DNA from: an uncultured Gemmatimonadales bacterium
GTDB taxonomy: Bacteria > Gemmatimonadota > Gemmatimonadetes > Gemmatimonadales > GWC2-71-9
Length of the DNA: 64,000 nucleotides
NCBI GenBank assembly: GCA_963828735.1
Contig: CAWHFW010000005.1
Span: forward strand, 1,280,001-1,344,000
Direction: 5' to 3'
Below, in pieces: positions 1 to 9,821 of the stretch. Made by a program: the position numbers and the translations under genes. Position 1 is the stretch's first letter, and every line of letters begins with the position of its first letter. Below the pieces are notes generated by a model. It did no database searches. It saw only the letters and a program-made list of their open reading frames with translations, and was not told the DNA's origin.

Positions 1-755
1 TCGCCGAGGAACAGGCATCGATCCGCCACGCCCGCCTCACGCGCCTGGGCCTCCAGGTCGGCGCGCAGGGGACCGTCGCCGGCGAAGACGAACGTCGCAC
101 CCGGGACGGCGGCGGCGGCGGCGACGAGATACTCGTGGCCCTTCTGCGCATGCAGTCGCGCCGGTGTCATGATCACGTAGTCAGGTCGCCCACCGACGAG
201 CGACGCCCGAAACGCCGGATTCACGGTGCGGCCTCGGGGCGGCACCCTGATCGCATTGCGGACCACGGTCAGCCGCTCGGTCGGCATATGGAGATCCTGG
301 ATGAATCGCGAGCGCGTTTCCTCGGACACGGCGATGATTCGCTGGTAGGCTCGAAGCAGGGCCAGCGGCTGACGCGTTCCGTCCGAAGGGAGGAACAGCT
401 GCGCCGTGCCGATGATGCCCGGCACGCGCGCGAGCCAGGCCGCCAGCACCCCGTGCTTGCAGGCGAACGGCCAGCTCAGATGCGCGTGCACGATCGCGGG
501 CCGTTCCGCGCGCAACACGCGCCGCAAACGGTTCACCCCTGCGACTCGGCGGCCCCGGGTCACTCGCGGCACCTCGAGGGTGGCGATTCCGACCGACGCT
601 GCTCCCTCAACCAGACGGGCGATGCCCGCACCAGGATGATGGAGCAGCATCGGCTCCCAGCGGTCGCGATCCAGAGCGCCCATGAGGTGGAGGGCCGCCT
701 CCTCGCACCCGCCGAAGATTTCGCTGTCGAGGTAGTGAACCACGCGGCGTTTCAC
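1..755 (-). CDS. Glycosyltransferase family 4 (GT-B), 3' end runs off the window
   Basis: Not in the ORF track; manual translation from GTG 755 (GTGA overlap with upstream stop): MKRRVVHYLDSEIFGGCEEAALHL...RPAIVHAH...IIAVSEET...VVRNAI...ARLHAQKGHEYL...FVFAGDGPLRADLE, typical GT4 motifs. Confidence 0.88.
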   Translation of the reverse strand, partial: MKRRVVHYLDSEIFGGCEEAALHLMGALDRDRWEPMLLHHPGAGIARLVEGAASVGIATLEVPRVTRGRRVAGVNRLRRVLRAERPAIVHAHLSWPFACKHGVLAAWLARVPGIIGTAQLFLPSDGTRQPLALLRAYQRIIAVSEETRSRFIQDLHMPTERLTVVRNAIRVPPRGRTVNPAFRASLVGGRPDYVIMTPARLHAQKGHEYLVAAAAAVPGATFVFAGDGPLRADLEAQAREAGVADRCLFLG

Positions 756-1948
756 GGCCCACTCCCCACCGGCTGGCAGACTGCCTCCGCCAGGGCCTGC
801 AGGTTGCGCTCGTGGTAGGCGTGGGCAAAGGCGGTGGCTCTCTCGGCGAGCGCGGTCGCCTCCGCGGGGTCCCGCAGCAGCTCGACCAGGTGGTCGGCAA
901 ACTCCTCGGCCGACGTCGCCTGCCGGAAGGCGGAGCCCGCACCGTCTTCCAATCCTCGCCCGCCGGAGGCAGTGGTCACGAGAGGGCGGCCGTGGAGCAG
1001 CGCATCCACCGACTTGATGCTGAGGCCGGTACCGAACTGTTGGGGATTGATGACGACCGCGGACCGCCGATAGGTCTCCCCGAGCGCCTCGACGAAGCCG
1101 AGCCGTCGGACGCCGGGCGCGGAGCCTCGAATGCGGTCGCTGATGCCCCCGACCAGCCAAAGCTCGGCGTCGGCAACTCGCCGGCGCACGAGAGGAAGCA
1201 CCCTCTCGATGAACCAGCCCACTCCGTGCACGTTGATGCCCATGGGCCCGCCGACGAACAGCATGGTCGGCTCACCAGTTCCGTCCGGCGAGTCGCTCGC
1301 AACCGGAGCCAGGTGCCCTACGACGGTGACCGGGCGACGCGCCAGGGATCGGAAGTGGCGCGCGTCCCATTCCTGAATCGCAAGCACGGTGTCGGCGCGA
1401 TCGAGCGCCTTCGCCTCCTCGTCGCGGCGGGTCGAGAAGAACTCGCTGGCCTGACCGTGCTCCCGGTACAGGCGAAAACGCTCCGAGAACACATCGTGGG
1501 TGTCGAGCAGCCGGCGGGTCGGCCGCGAGACGCTGTCCAACAGCTTGGAGTAGAAGACGTAGGAGAGGACGACCGCGTCGAAGCCGCCGTTGTCGACGAG
1601 TCGCTCGAGACGTCGCGCGCCTTCAGCATCGTGGTAGCTGTCCACCGGAAGGTCGAGGTGAAGGAGCTTTCCCGCGAGCCGCACAGCCTTCCGGCGCCCT
1701 CGGCCGATGAAGCTGGACGGACTGAGACTGCGATGGACGTGAAGCCTGTCGCCCCAGGCCGCCCGCATTTCCCGATCGTCCTGCCGAAGCGGCTGCTGCA
1801 GGTGAAGGAAGTGTACCTCATGCCCCAGGAGGCGAAGGGCATCCGCCATGTGCCGCACCCTCGCGCTGGCGCCGGTGGCGCTCGGATGGGTCGGCACGGG
1901 CGCGACCAGGAGGAGTTTCCCCTTGTCTGCGCCCTTAGCGGTATTCAA
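752..1948 (-). CDS. Glycosyltransferase family 4-like
   Basis: LLLVAPVPTHPSATGASARV N-terminus; WFIERVLPLV, LGFVE, INPQQFGTGLSIKSVDALLHGRPLVTT GT-B C-terminal motif. Confidence 0.85.
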   Translation of the reverse strand: MNTAKGADKGKLLLVAPVPTHPSATGASARVRHMADALRLLGHEVHFLHLQQPLRQDDREMRAAWGDRLHVHRSLSPSSFIGRGRRKAVRLAGKLLHLDLPVDSYHDAEGARRLERLVDNGGFDAVVLSYVFYSKLLDSVSRPTRRLLDTHDVFSERFRLYREHGQASEFFSTRRDEEAKALDRADTVLAIQEWDARHFRSLARRPVTVVGHLAPVASDSPDGTGEPTMLFVGGPMGINVHGVGWFIERVLPLVRRRVADAELWLVGGISDRIRGSAPGVRRLGFVEALGETYRRSAVVINPQQFGTGLSIKSVDALLHGRPLVTTASGGRGLEDGAGSAFRQATSAEEFADHLVELLRDPAEATALAERATAFAHAYHERNLQALAEAVCQPVGSGP

Positions 1949-3074
1949 ACCGGGCCTTCAGGCGATTGATGGGCGCTTCGAACAAGTGCCACGAGGCCGC
2001 GGCGACCAGGATCGACGCACCAGCGTAAAAGGCGAGGAACGGGAGGGTCTCGTTTCCCAGCGGCGCCAGCAGATCGGGATATCCGGCCCGTCGCGCGAGC
2101 TTGGGCAGCAGGTCCGGCAGCATGAGATGATAGACGTAGATCCCATAGCTAATGGTGCCGAGGTATCGCATGGGCGTCGATGCCAGCACGCGGCCGGGGA
2201 TCCCGCTCATGCCGCGCGCAGCGTGCGCCACCACCCAGACACCCAGGAGCGCCACGGCAAGATCGAAGGATACCATGCGGAAGCTCCACCAGCCGCCGGT
2301 ACGTTCGGCCATGATGTAGGCGGCGATCAGCACCACCCCGCTCCAGAGAAACTTGCGATCCACGGGGCGCACCAGCGGATGACCCGCGAACTCCGGGAGC
2401 ACGGTCATGGCCAGGTAGGCCCCTAGCGCCAGCGAGTCGATGCAGCCCGGGAGGAGGATAGGCGTAATGTCGTTCCCCGTGATGATGGCATAGACCACAT
2501 ACCGGAAGACCGGGCCGATGGCGGCGGCGCCAAGCGCGATGCCCGGCAGCCAGCGGCGAGGGGCGAACAGGATGACCCAGGGCCAGATGAGATAGAACTG
2601 CTCTTCCACCGCGAGCGACCAGAAGTGCCCTACATGGCCACCCCAGGCACCGTGCTGCACTGCATTGTCCAGGAAGAAGCGCACATTGGAGAGATACGCC
2701 GCGTGCCACCAGATCCCTGGCCGGGCGCCCGACACCCGTCCGAGCCACGCGATCGCGAGTGCGAAGTAGTACAGCGGAAAGATCCGCAGCACCCGGCGGA
2801 TGTAGAAGTGTCGCAGCGCCATCCCGCGCGGACTTTCGCTGCGGTCGAGGGCGAAGCGCGTCCGCAGCAGAATCCCGGTGATGAGGAATCCGCTGAGAAC
2901 GAAGAACACCCGCACCCCGATGCCGCCGAGGTGGATGTATTGGCGGACGGGACTGTAGAAGTGGTAGCACACGACCAGCCCGGCGGCAAACGCGCGCAGG
3001 CCATCGAGCTGGGGCAGGTGGCGCAACGGGGTGGTGGACGACCAGATCGTTTCCCGGCGCCTCACAAGACTCAC
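1935..3074 (-). CDS. Acyltransferase family 3 (OafA/OatA-like membrane O-acyltransferase)
   Basis: LDGLRAFA, FFVLSGFLIT, FYIRRVLRIFPLYY, HFWSLAVEEQFY, ISYGIYVYH, SWHLFEAP motifs; multiple TM segments. Confidence 0.93.
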   Translation of the reverse strand: MSLVRRRETIWSSTTPLRHLPQLDGLRAFAAGLVVCYHFYSPVRQYIHLGGIGVRVFFVLSGFLITGILLRTRFALDRSESPRGMALRHFYIRRVLRIFPLYYFALAIAWLGRVSGARPGIWWHAAYLSNVRFFLDNAVQHGAWGGHVGHFWSLAVEEQFYLIWPWVILFAPRRWLPGIALGAAAIGPVFRYVVYAIITGNDITPILLPGCIDSLALGAYLAMTVLPEFAGHPLVRPVDRKFLWSGVVLIAAYIMAERTGGWWSFRMVSFDLAVALLGVWVVAHAARGMSGIPGRVLASTPMRYLGTISYGIYVYHLMLPDLLPKLARRAGYPDLLAPLGNETLPFLAFYAGASILVAAASWHLFEAPINRLKARFEYR

Positions 3075-3410
3075 GACCTTTCACCCCATCCGGACGCACC
3101 ATATTCTGCTATGGCTCGACGGCGCCGGGTATCGGTCCGGCCGAGGCGATGTACGGCAGTGTGATGGTATCTCGCGGCGAGCATGAGGGTCACGGTACCG
3201 GGGCTCGATGACGACGGTGTGAGGTTGTCCGCTAAGCCGTTATTCAACAACAGTCTGAGTCGCTGTATCCCGGCCGTTCCGGAAGGGTCCCGAGGAGCGG
3301 GAGTCCGGTGCTGGATGGTATGTTTTCTGCACTTTGCGAGCCGCTTTCCCCACGGCGTTGGCTCGTAGCGCCACGGCCGCGCGGCCCGACCCCAGTCAGC
3401 CATCGGATCC

Positions 3411-5066
3411 ATGTTTCCTGCCGGGAGAGGACGTGAGGCCTACACGGATGGACCGGTCGTGACTGCGCCCCCGCTGGTGTCCGTCGTCGCCATCTTCCTG
3501 AACGGCGAGCGGTTTCTCGACGAGGCCATCGGCAGCGTCATCGCGCAAAGCCATCCCCGATGGGAGCTGCTCCTGGTGGACGACGGCTCCTCCGACGGCA
3601 GTAGCGCCATCGCTCGCGGCTGGGCCGAGCGGGACCCGCAGCGCATTCGCTACCTCGAGCATCCGGGTCATCGCAACCAGGGGATGAGCGCGTCGCGCAA
3701 TCTGGGTCTTCGTCATGCGCGGGGCGAGTACCTGGCGCTGCTCGACTCGGACGACGTCTGGCTACCCGAGAAGCTGGAGCGCCAGGTCGCGATCCTCAAC
3801 GAGCACCCCGAAGCGGCCCTGGTCTATGGCGCTCCCTTGTACTGGTTCGGGTGGACGGGACAGGCGGAGGATCGCTCGCGCGACTACGTCATCGATCTCA
3901 AGCTCCCTGCCGATCGCGTGTACCACCCGCCTTCGCTCCTGATCCCGTTCCTTCAGCGGGCGGCGCCGACGCCCTGCCCATCGGACGTCTTGGTGCGGCG
4001 CGAGGCCGCGGAACGGGTTGGCGGTTTCGAGGCCCATTTCACCGGCGTCCACATGGTCTACGAGGATCAAGGGTTCTTTTCAAAGCTGCTTCTCGACGCC
4101 CCCGCGTTTGCGTCCTCCGAGACCTGGGACCGTTACCGGCAACATCCCGAATCGTGCTACGCGATCTCGAAGGCTTCAGGCGGCCGCGAGATCGCGCGCC
4201 AATACTTCCTGCGATGGTTCCGGACCTACCTCCGTCGGCGGGGCGTGAGCGACGGCCCCGTCTGGGTCGCCGTCCGCGACGAGCTCCGTCAGTACGGCTT
4301 CGTGTCGAAAGCCGTGCGGAACGCTCGCCAGGTCGCGCGGGCCACCCTGCCGCTGGGGCTCCGGACCTGGATCGGGGAGCGGGTTCCGGGGCTGGCCGGG
4401 TCCCCCGCGGGCCGTCGGGTGCGCTTCGGCTCGTTCCGCCGGCTCACGCCGGTGAGTCGCCAGTTCGGGTGGGACCGCGGCGGTCTTCCGGTGGACCGGT
4501 ACTATATCGAGGCGTTTCTCGAGCGCCATGCCGCGGACATCGCCGGCCGTGTGCTCGAAGCCCGCGATGACGCCTATACCAGAAAGTACGGCGGCGCCCG
4601 CGTCACCTGCGCCGACGTGCTGCACCCGACCGCCGACAACCCGAAGGCCACGATCGTCACCGACCTGACCTGCGCCGACGACATCCCCGGAAATGCCTTC
4701 GACTGCATCCTGCTCACCCAGGTGCTCCCCTTCATCCCGGACGTCCAGGCCGCGGTCCGGACGATTCACCGGATTCTCCGGCCGGGCGGTGTCGCGCTCG
4801 TCACGCTCCCGGGCATCAGCCAGATCATCCGATACGACATGGACCGGTGGGGCGACTACTGGCGATTCACGTCACTGTCGGCACGCCGGCTGTTCGAGGC
4901 CGCGTTCCCCGCGGGCGACGTGCAGGTCGAGGCACACGGGAACGTGCTCGTCGCCACGGCGTTCCTCCAGGGCCTCTCGACTCGTGACCTGCGCGGGCCC
5001 GAGCTCGAGCACCGCGACCCGGACTACGAAGTGCTCATTACCGTCCGCGCCGTGAAGCATGCGTGA
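3411..5066 (+). CDS. Glycosyltransferase family 2 fused to a C-terminal class I SAM methyltransferase-like domain (alternative start GTG 3459)
   Basis: N-terminal VSVV..FLN..FLDEAIGSV, VDDGSSD, LDSDD (DxD); C-terminal FGWDRGGLPVDRYYIEAFL, FDCILLTQVL, ILRPGGVALVT, DYWRFT. Confidence 0.85.
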   Translation: MFPAGRGREAYTDGPVVTAPPLVSVVAIFLNGERFLDEAIGSVIAQSHPRWELLLVDDGSSDGSSAIARGWAERDPQRIRYLEHPGHRNQGMSASRNLGLRHARGEYLALLDSDDVWLPEKLERQVAILNEHPEAALVYGAPLYWFGWTGQAEDRSRDYVIDLKLPADRVYHPPSLLIPFLQRAAPTPCPSDVLVRREAAERVGGFEAHFTGVHMVYEDQGFFSKLLLDAPAFASSETWDRYRQHPESCYAISKASGGREIARQYFLRWFRTYLRRRGVSDGPVWVAVRDELRQYGFVSKAVRNARQVARATLPLGLRTWIGERVPGLAGSPAGRRVRFGSFRRLTPVSRQFGWDRGGLPVDRYYIEAFLERHAADIAGRVLEARDDAYTRKYGGARVTCADVLHPTADNPKATIVTDLTCADDIPGNAFDCILLTQVLPFIPDVQAAVRTIHRILRPGGVALVTLPGISQIIRYDMDRWGDYWRFTSLSARRLFEAAFPAGDVQVEAHGNVLVATAFLQGLSTRDLRGPELEHRDPDYEVLITVRAVKHA

Positions 5067-6144
5067 GCCTCCCCGGGTCAGCGTGGTGATGCCGGTGCAC
5101 AACGGCGGCGCGTATCTCGCGCTCGCCATCGAGAGCATCCTCCGCCAGACCTATGGCGACTTCGAGTTCGTGATCGTCGACGACGGCTCGACCGACGTCA
5201 CTCCCCAGGTGCTCCGTGGAGTCCTGGCCGCCGATCCGCGCGTGCGAACGTACGCCCAGGCGCGTTCGGGCCTCGTGGCGTCCCTCAATCGGGGATGCCG
5301 TGAGGCCCGCGGTGCCTACATCGCCCGCATGGACGCCGACGACATCGCCGCTCCCGAGCGCCTGGCGCGACAGGTCGAGTTCCTGGATCGACATGGCAGT
5401 GTGGCCATGGTCGGGAGCGCGGTGGTGCGGATCGATTCGCACGGACGCGAGATCAAGCGGAGCACTTGCCCCACATCCCACGCCGAGATCATCGAAGCCC
5501 TGCGGGAGTATACGCCGTTCACGCATGCCAGCGTCATGCTCCGGGCGGCGGCACTGGAGGCCGTGGGTGGCTACCGGCCGGCCTATCTCGCCGCCGAGGA
5601 CTATGACCTCTGGCTGCGTCTCGCCGAACGGTACGAGCTGGCGAACCTGCCCGACCCGCTGCTCTACTACCGTGTCTACCCCGATCAGATCTCGGTGCGG
5701 CACCTCGAACAGCAGATTCTGTCGGTCGTCGGCGCGCGCGCCGCCGCTCGAGCGCGGAGCGTCACCGGAACCGACCCCAGCCCGCCGGACGGGCCGATCA
5801 CCCGCGACATCCTTCGCGCATGGGGTGTCAGCGATGCGACACTGACCCAGGCCATGGCCGCCGGCTACAGCTATTCGGCCTATACGCTGCAGCAAGCCGG
5901 GCGTCAGGCGGAAGCCATCGACGTCCTGCGCATCGGCCGGCGGTTGTCCAGGGGACACCGGACCGTCACCAGCATGCTGGCGGGCGCCTGCGCCAAACAG
6001 GCACGCGCCGCGTTGCGCGGTGGCAGAGTGACAACCGCGCTCACCTGGGGATTGGAAGCCGTGCGCGTGCGGCCCTCGCTGCCATTCGAGCTCATCCGCG
6101 GCGGGCCGCGGGCGCCGGACCCGGACGCCGGAGCGCGCTCGTGA
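5059..6144 (+). CDS. Glycosyltransferase family 2
   Basis: VSVVMPVHNG, VDDGSTD, ARMDADD, AEDYDLWLR. Confidence 0.93.
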   Translation: MREPPRVSVVMPVHNGGAYLALAIESILRQTYGDFEFVIVDDGSTDVTPQVLRGVLAADPRVRTYAQARSGLVASLNRGCREARGAYIARMDADDIAAPERLARQVEFLDRHGSVAMVGSAVVRIDSHGREIKRSTCPTSHAEIIEALREYTPFTHASVMLRAAALEAVGGYRPAYLAAEDYDLWLRLAERYELANLPDPLLYYRVYPDQISVRHLEQQILSVVGARAAARARSVTGTDPSPPDGPITRDILRAWGVSDATLTQAMAAGYSYSAYTLQQAGRQAEAIDVLRIGRRLSRGHRTVTSMLAGACAKQARAALRGGRVTTALTWGLEAVRVRPSLPFELIRGGPRAPDPDAGARS

Positions 6145-6929
6145 GGGAGGCGCGCATTCCGATCCTGATGTATCACGAGGTGTCACCGCGTCCGCATCCC
6201 GCATTCCGACGCTACACCGTGACGCCGCGCGCGTTCGCGCGGCAGATGCGCTGGCTCGCGGCGTTCAAGTATCAGCCGATCGACATGGACACCCTGCTCC
6301 GCGCACGGCGCGGACTGGGGCCGCTCCCCGAGCGGCCGGTCGTGATCACGTTCGACGACGGCCTCCAGGGCTGCGTGGACCACGCCCTCCCTGTGCTCCG
6401 GGAGCACCGATTCACCGCCGTGTTCTACCTCGTGGCGGGCCTGATGGGAGAGACCAGCCGGTGGCTCCGGCCGGAGCTCGGAATGGACCTTCCCATCATG
6501 AGCTGGGATACCGCCCGCCGGCTCGGCCGTGACGGCTTCCAGTGCGGCGCCCACACGCTCACCCACCCGCGCCTGGCGGGGCTCGACCCGTCACGCCGCC
6601 GCTCCGAGCTCGTCGATGCGCGCGCGCGGCTCGAAGACGAGCTCGGCGGCTCCGTGCGGCATCTCGCATATCCATACGGCTCCTTCGATCGGGCCACGCA
6701 ACAGGTCGCGGATGAGGCCGGCTACCTGACAGCCTGCAGCACCCGGCCCGGGGTCTCGACGGCGGACGACGACTTCTTCGCGCTCAAGCGCATCCCGATC
6801 TACGGTGGGGAAACGTTGTTCGACTTCGCGTGCCGATTGCGCACCGCCTGGACGCTCCCGGAGCGCGTCCGACGGGCGCTCAGAGACACAGCCCGCCGTG
6901 TCACCGGCCGGGCGGATCTCCCCCGGTGA
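6141..6929 (+). CDS. Polysaccharide deacetylase (CE4/NodB domain)
   Basis: GTG start overlapping previous stop; PILMYH, VITFDDG, GAHTLTHP, LAYPYG motifs. Confidence 0.92.
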   Translation: MREARIPILMYHEVSPRPHPAFRRYTVTPRAFARQMRWLAAFKYQPIDMDTLLRARRGLGPLPERPVVITFDDGLQGCVDHALPVLREHRFTAVFYLVAGLMGETSRWLRPELGMDLPIMSWDTARRLGRDGFQCGAHTLTHPRLAGLDPSRRRSELVDARARLEDELGGSVRHLAYPYGSFDRATQQVADEAGYLTACSTRPGVSTADDDFFALKRIPIYGGETLFDFACRLRTAWTLPERVRRALRDTARRVTGRADLPR

Positions 6930-7948
6930 CCCCGTCGCCAAGAATCACCGTGGTCATCCCGACGTACCAGCGCCGGGATGCCGTGCGGTGCCTGCTGGCG
7001 TCGCTCGCCGCGCAGACCTTCCCGGCCGACGCCCTGGAAGTGATCGTGTCGGTGGACGGCTCGACCGACGGCACCGCGGACGCCGTGCGCGCTTTCGTGG
7101 CTCCGTACACCGTATCGGTGCTGGAAGGTCCGAACCGCGGGCGCGCCGGCGCATGCAACGCGGGCATCCGTGCCGCGAGCGGGGACCTGGTGATCCTCCT
7201 CGACGACGACATGGAGGCCTCGCCGGGACTCCTGACGGCGCACGCGCGAGCGCACCAGCCCTCCGGCAAGCTGGCGGTGGTGGGCGCGGCGCCCATCATC
7301 GCCACGGCCGGATCCCCTCCATTCGTGCGCTATGCCGCCGACGGCTTCCGCTCCCGTCTGGAGCGGCTCGCGCAGCCGGGCTACCGCCTTCGCTTCAGGG
7401 ACGCGTACACCGGCAACTTCTCCGTCCGGCGTGAGGTGCTCCAATCGATCGGCGGGTTCGACGAGGCCTTCCGGGTCTATGGGCATGAGGACTACGAGCT
7501 CGCACTTCGGCTTCAGGCCGAAGGCGTGGAGCTCGTCTACGCACCAGACGCCATCGCCCATCAGCACTACGACAAGACCTTCGCCGCTTTCGCCCGCGAC
7601 GGCATCGCCCGCGGGCGTACGGCGGTCCTGTTCGCCGCCAAGCATCCCAGCGTCGTCGAGAGCATCAAGCTGTCCGAATATGCCCAGGTCCCATGGAAGT
7701 GGCGCGCCCTGCGGTCGCTCCTGCTCCAGGCGGGTCACGTGACCGAGCGTGTTCCCCGCTGGGTGATCGTGGCGGTCACGGCGGCCGAGCGCCGCGAGCC
7801 CGCACGCCTCGACAAGTGGTACCGGTACGCCATCGACTACTTCTACTGGTACGGCGTACGCCAGGGGGAGCGCGATCGGTCGAAGATCTCCGATCGCGCC
7901 ACGGCCCCGCTCGCCGCCCGGTCCACGCGCCCCGGCGTCGGCCGATGA
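6926..7948 (+). CDS. Glycosyltransferase family 2
   Basis: GTG start in GTGA overlap; ITVVIPTYQR, VDGSTDGT, LDDD, GGFDEAF..YGHEDYEL. Confidence 0.92.
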   Translation: MTPSPRITVVIPTYQRRDAVRCLLASLAAQTFPADALEVIVSVDGSTDGTADAVRAFVAPYTVSVLEGPNRGRAGACNAGIRAASGDLVILLDDDMEASPGLLTAHARAHQPSGKLAVVGAAPIIATAGSPPFVRYAADGFRSRLERLAQPGYRLRFRDAYTGNFSVRREVLQSIGGFDEAFRVYGHEDYELALRLQAEGVELVYAPDAIAHQHYDKTFAAFARDGIARGRTAVLFAAKHPSVVESIKLSEYAQVPWKWRALRSLLLQAGHVTERVPRWVIVAVTAAERREPARLDKWYRYAIDYFYWYGVRQGERDRSKISDRATAPLAARSTRPGVGR

Positions 7949-8385
7949 GCAGGCCAGGCGCCGCGACGCGAATCACGATCGCGCTGCTCGCGGTGTTCCT
8001 CTACGCCGCGCCGTCGACGGTCCGGTGGGCGCGACGAGCTTCGCGCTGGCCGACCGGCGTCGGGCGGGATGCCGTTTCGACCTACGAGCACCGCTTCGAG
8101 CGCCTGCGCGTCGCGCTTCCGGCAACGGGTGTCGTGGGTTATCAGGGACATCCCGATCCGGCGGCGCGGGCACCGGCGGATGGACCCTCGCCGGCACTGG
8201 TGCACTTCCAACGCTACCTTCTCGCGCAGTACAGTCTGGCCCCCCTCCTGCTGGTGGAGAACACCACGCCAGAATTCGTGATCGGCAACTACGAGCCCGG
8301 CGCCGAGCCGCCCCCTCCGGCTGGATTCCACCAGGCGGCGGCTTTCGGTGACGGCCTGGTGTTGTTTCGGCGGACGGAGCCATGA
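7945..8385 (+). CDS. Small hypothetical membrane-anchored protein
   Basis: ATG 7945 in ATGA overlap with the GT2 stop; its own stop overlaps the next ATG; one N-terminal hydrophobic segment (ITIALLAVFLYAA); QRYLLAQYSLAPLLL. Confidence 0.7.
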   Translation: MSRPGAATRITIALLAVFLYAAPSTVRWARRASRWPTGVGRDAVSTYEHRFERLRVALPATGVVGYQGHPDPAARAPADGPSPALVHFQRYLLAQYSLAPLLLVENTTPEFVIGNYEPGAEPPPPAGFHQAAAFGDGLVLFRRTEP

Positions 8386-9821
8386 TCGCGGCGCTCGCGT
8401 CGTCGTTCGCAGTGTCCGCGGCCCTCGGCATCCTGTTGGTGCGGTGGGTCTGGCCTCGGGACGTGACGCCTTGCCCGCGGCCCCTGCTGGCCGCGCTCGG
8501 CGTAGGGCTCGGTGCGGGAGTCTCCGCCTGCCTGCTCTTTCCGTGGATGGCGGCCTTCGGACCCACGCGGGCGTTTCCGCTGGCCGAGGCCGGTCTCCTC
8601 GCCCTCGTCGCGATCACGACCCTGCGACGCCGACCGCGGTTCCCTGCTGGGACGGCGAACGGGTCTCCAGGCTCGACCGGCCCCGATCGGCTCGCCGCCT
8701 TCGGGTTCGTCGTCACGCTCGTCGCCGCCGGCGCGGCCTTCGTCACCATGCTGCGGCAGGAGCCGCACGGTTCATGGGACGCGTGGATGAACTGGGACAT
8801 GCGGGCCCGCATGATCTTCCTCGGCGGGCCGGCCTGGCGCATCGCATTCTCGCCCGAGATTCCCTGGTCGCACCCGGACTACCCCGTCCTGGTGCCCTCG
8901 CTGGTCGTGCGGAGCTGGCTCTACGCGGGAACCGCGACGCTGCTGGGTCCGGCGCTCGTCGCCGGAACGTTCGCCTTCGGCACGGTCGCGCTTCTCGTGA
9001 GCGGTCTCGCCGCGCTGCGACGGCCCAGTCAAGGCTTCCTGGCGGGCATCGTGCTTCTGAGCACGCCGTTCTTCGTCCGTCACGCCACGTCACTCTACGC
9101 CGATGTGCCGCTGAGCTTCTACTTCCTCGCCACGGTCGTCTGCCTCGCCCTGGACGGGCGTTACGGCGGGGAGACCCGTCGATTCGCGACGCTCGCGGGT
9201 CTCGCCGCCGGGCTCGCGATGTGGACCAAGAACGAAGGCCTGTTGTTCACCCTGTCGATTGCGGCCGGTCTCGCGATCGGCGGCCAGGGCGAGGGATGGC
9301 CAGCCACTCGCCGCCGCCTCGCGGCCTTCGGGCTCGGCCTGCTCCCGCTTCTGGTGCTGGTGGTCGGCTTCAAGATTGCCTTCGCGCCCCCGAACGACCT
9401 GCTGTCCACGCTGGGGATCGAGCGAACCGTCGGACGGCTCACCGCACCGGATCGCTACACGATCGTCCTGCGCGCCTACGCCTCCCACATCGCCACCTTC
9501 GGCGCCAATGGTCTCGCGGGGGCCGTCTGGCCGCTGGCAGCATGCTTCGCCGCGCTCGGCGTCAGCCGGTCCGAGATGGGGCGGCCTTGGGCCCGGGCCG
9601 TCGGAATCGCACTCGTGCTCGTGCTGGTCGGTCACTTCATGGTGTTCGTGAGCATGGCAGATGAGCTCGAGCGCCTCCTCAAGAGCTCGCTCGATCGCCT
9701 GCTGCTGCAACTCTGGCCCAGCGCGCTGTTCCTGGGGTTCATGCTGGCGCGAACGATCGAGGAAGTCGGCCTCGGCCGGCCGGTCGCCGAGCCTGCGCGG
9801 CCTCAGCCGGAGGCTTCATGA
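8382..9821 (+). CDS. Polytopic membrane protein, probable GT-C (ArnT/PMT, GT39-like) glycosyltransferase
   Basis: Many TM segments; loop with WDAWMNW, HPDYP, YADVP, TKNEG motifs typical of lipid-donor-dependent GT-C proteins. Confidence 0.7.
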   Translation: MIAALASSFAVSAALGILLVRWVWPRDVTPCPRPLLAALGVGLGAGVSACLLFPWMAAFGPTRAFPLAEAGLLALVAITTLRRRPRFPAGTANGSPGSTGPDRLAAFGFVVTLVAAGAAFVTMLRQEPHGSWDAWMNWDMRARMIFLGGPAWRIAFSPEIPWSHPDYPVLVPSLVVRSWLYAGTATLLGPALVAGTFAFGTVALLVSGLAALRRPSQGFLAGIVLLSTPFFVRHATSLYADVPLSFYFLATVVCLALDGRYGGETRRFATLAGLAAGLAMWTKNEGLLFTLSIAAGLAIGGQGEGWPATRRRLAAFGLGLLPLLVLVVGFKIAFAPPNDLLSTLGIERTVGRLTAPDRYTIVLRAYASHIATFGANGLAGAVWPLAACFAALGVSRSEMGRPWARAVGIALVLVLVGHFMVFVSMADELERLLKSSLDRLLLQLWPSALFLGFMLARTIEEVGLGRPVAEPARPQPEAS

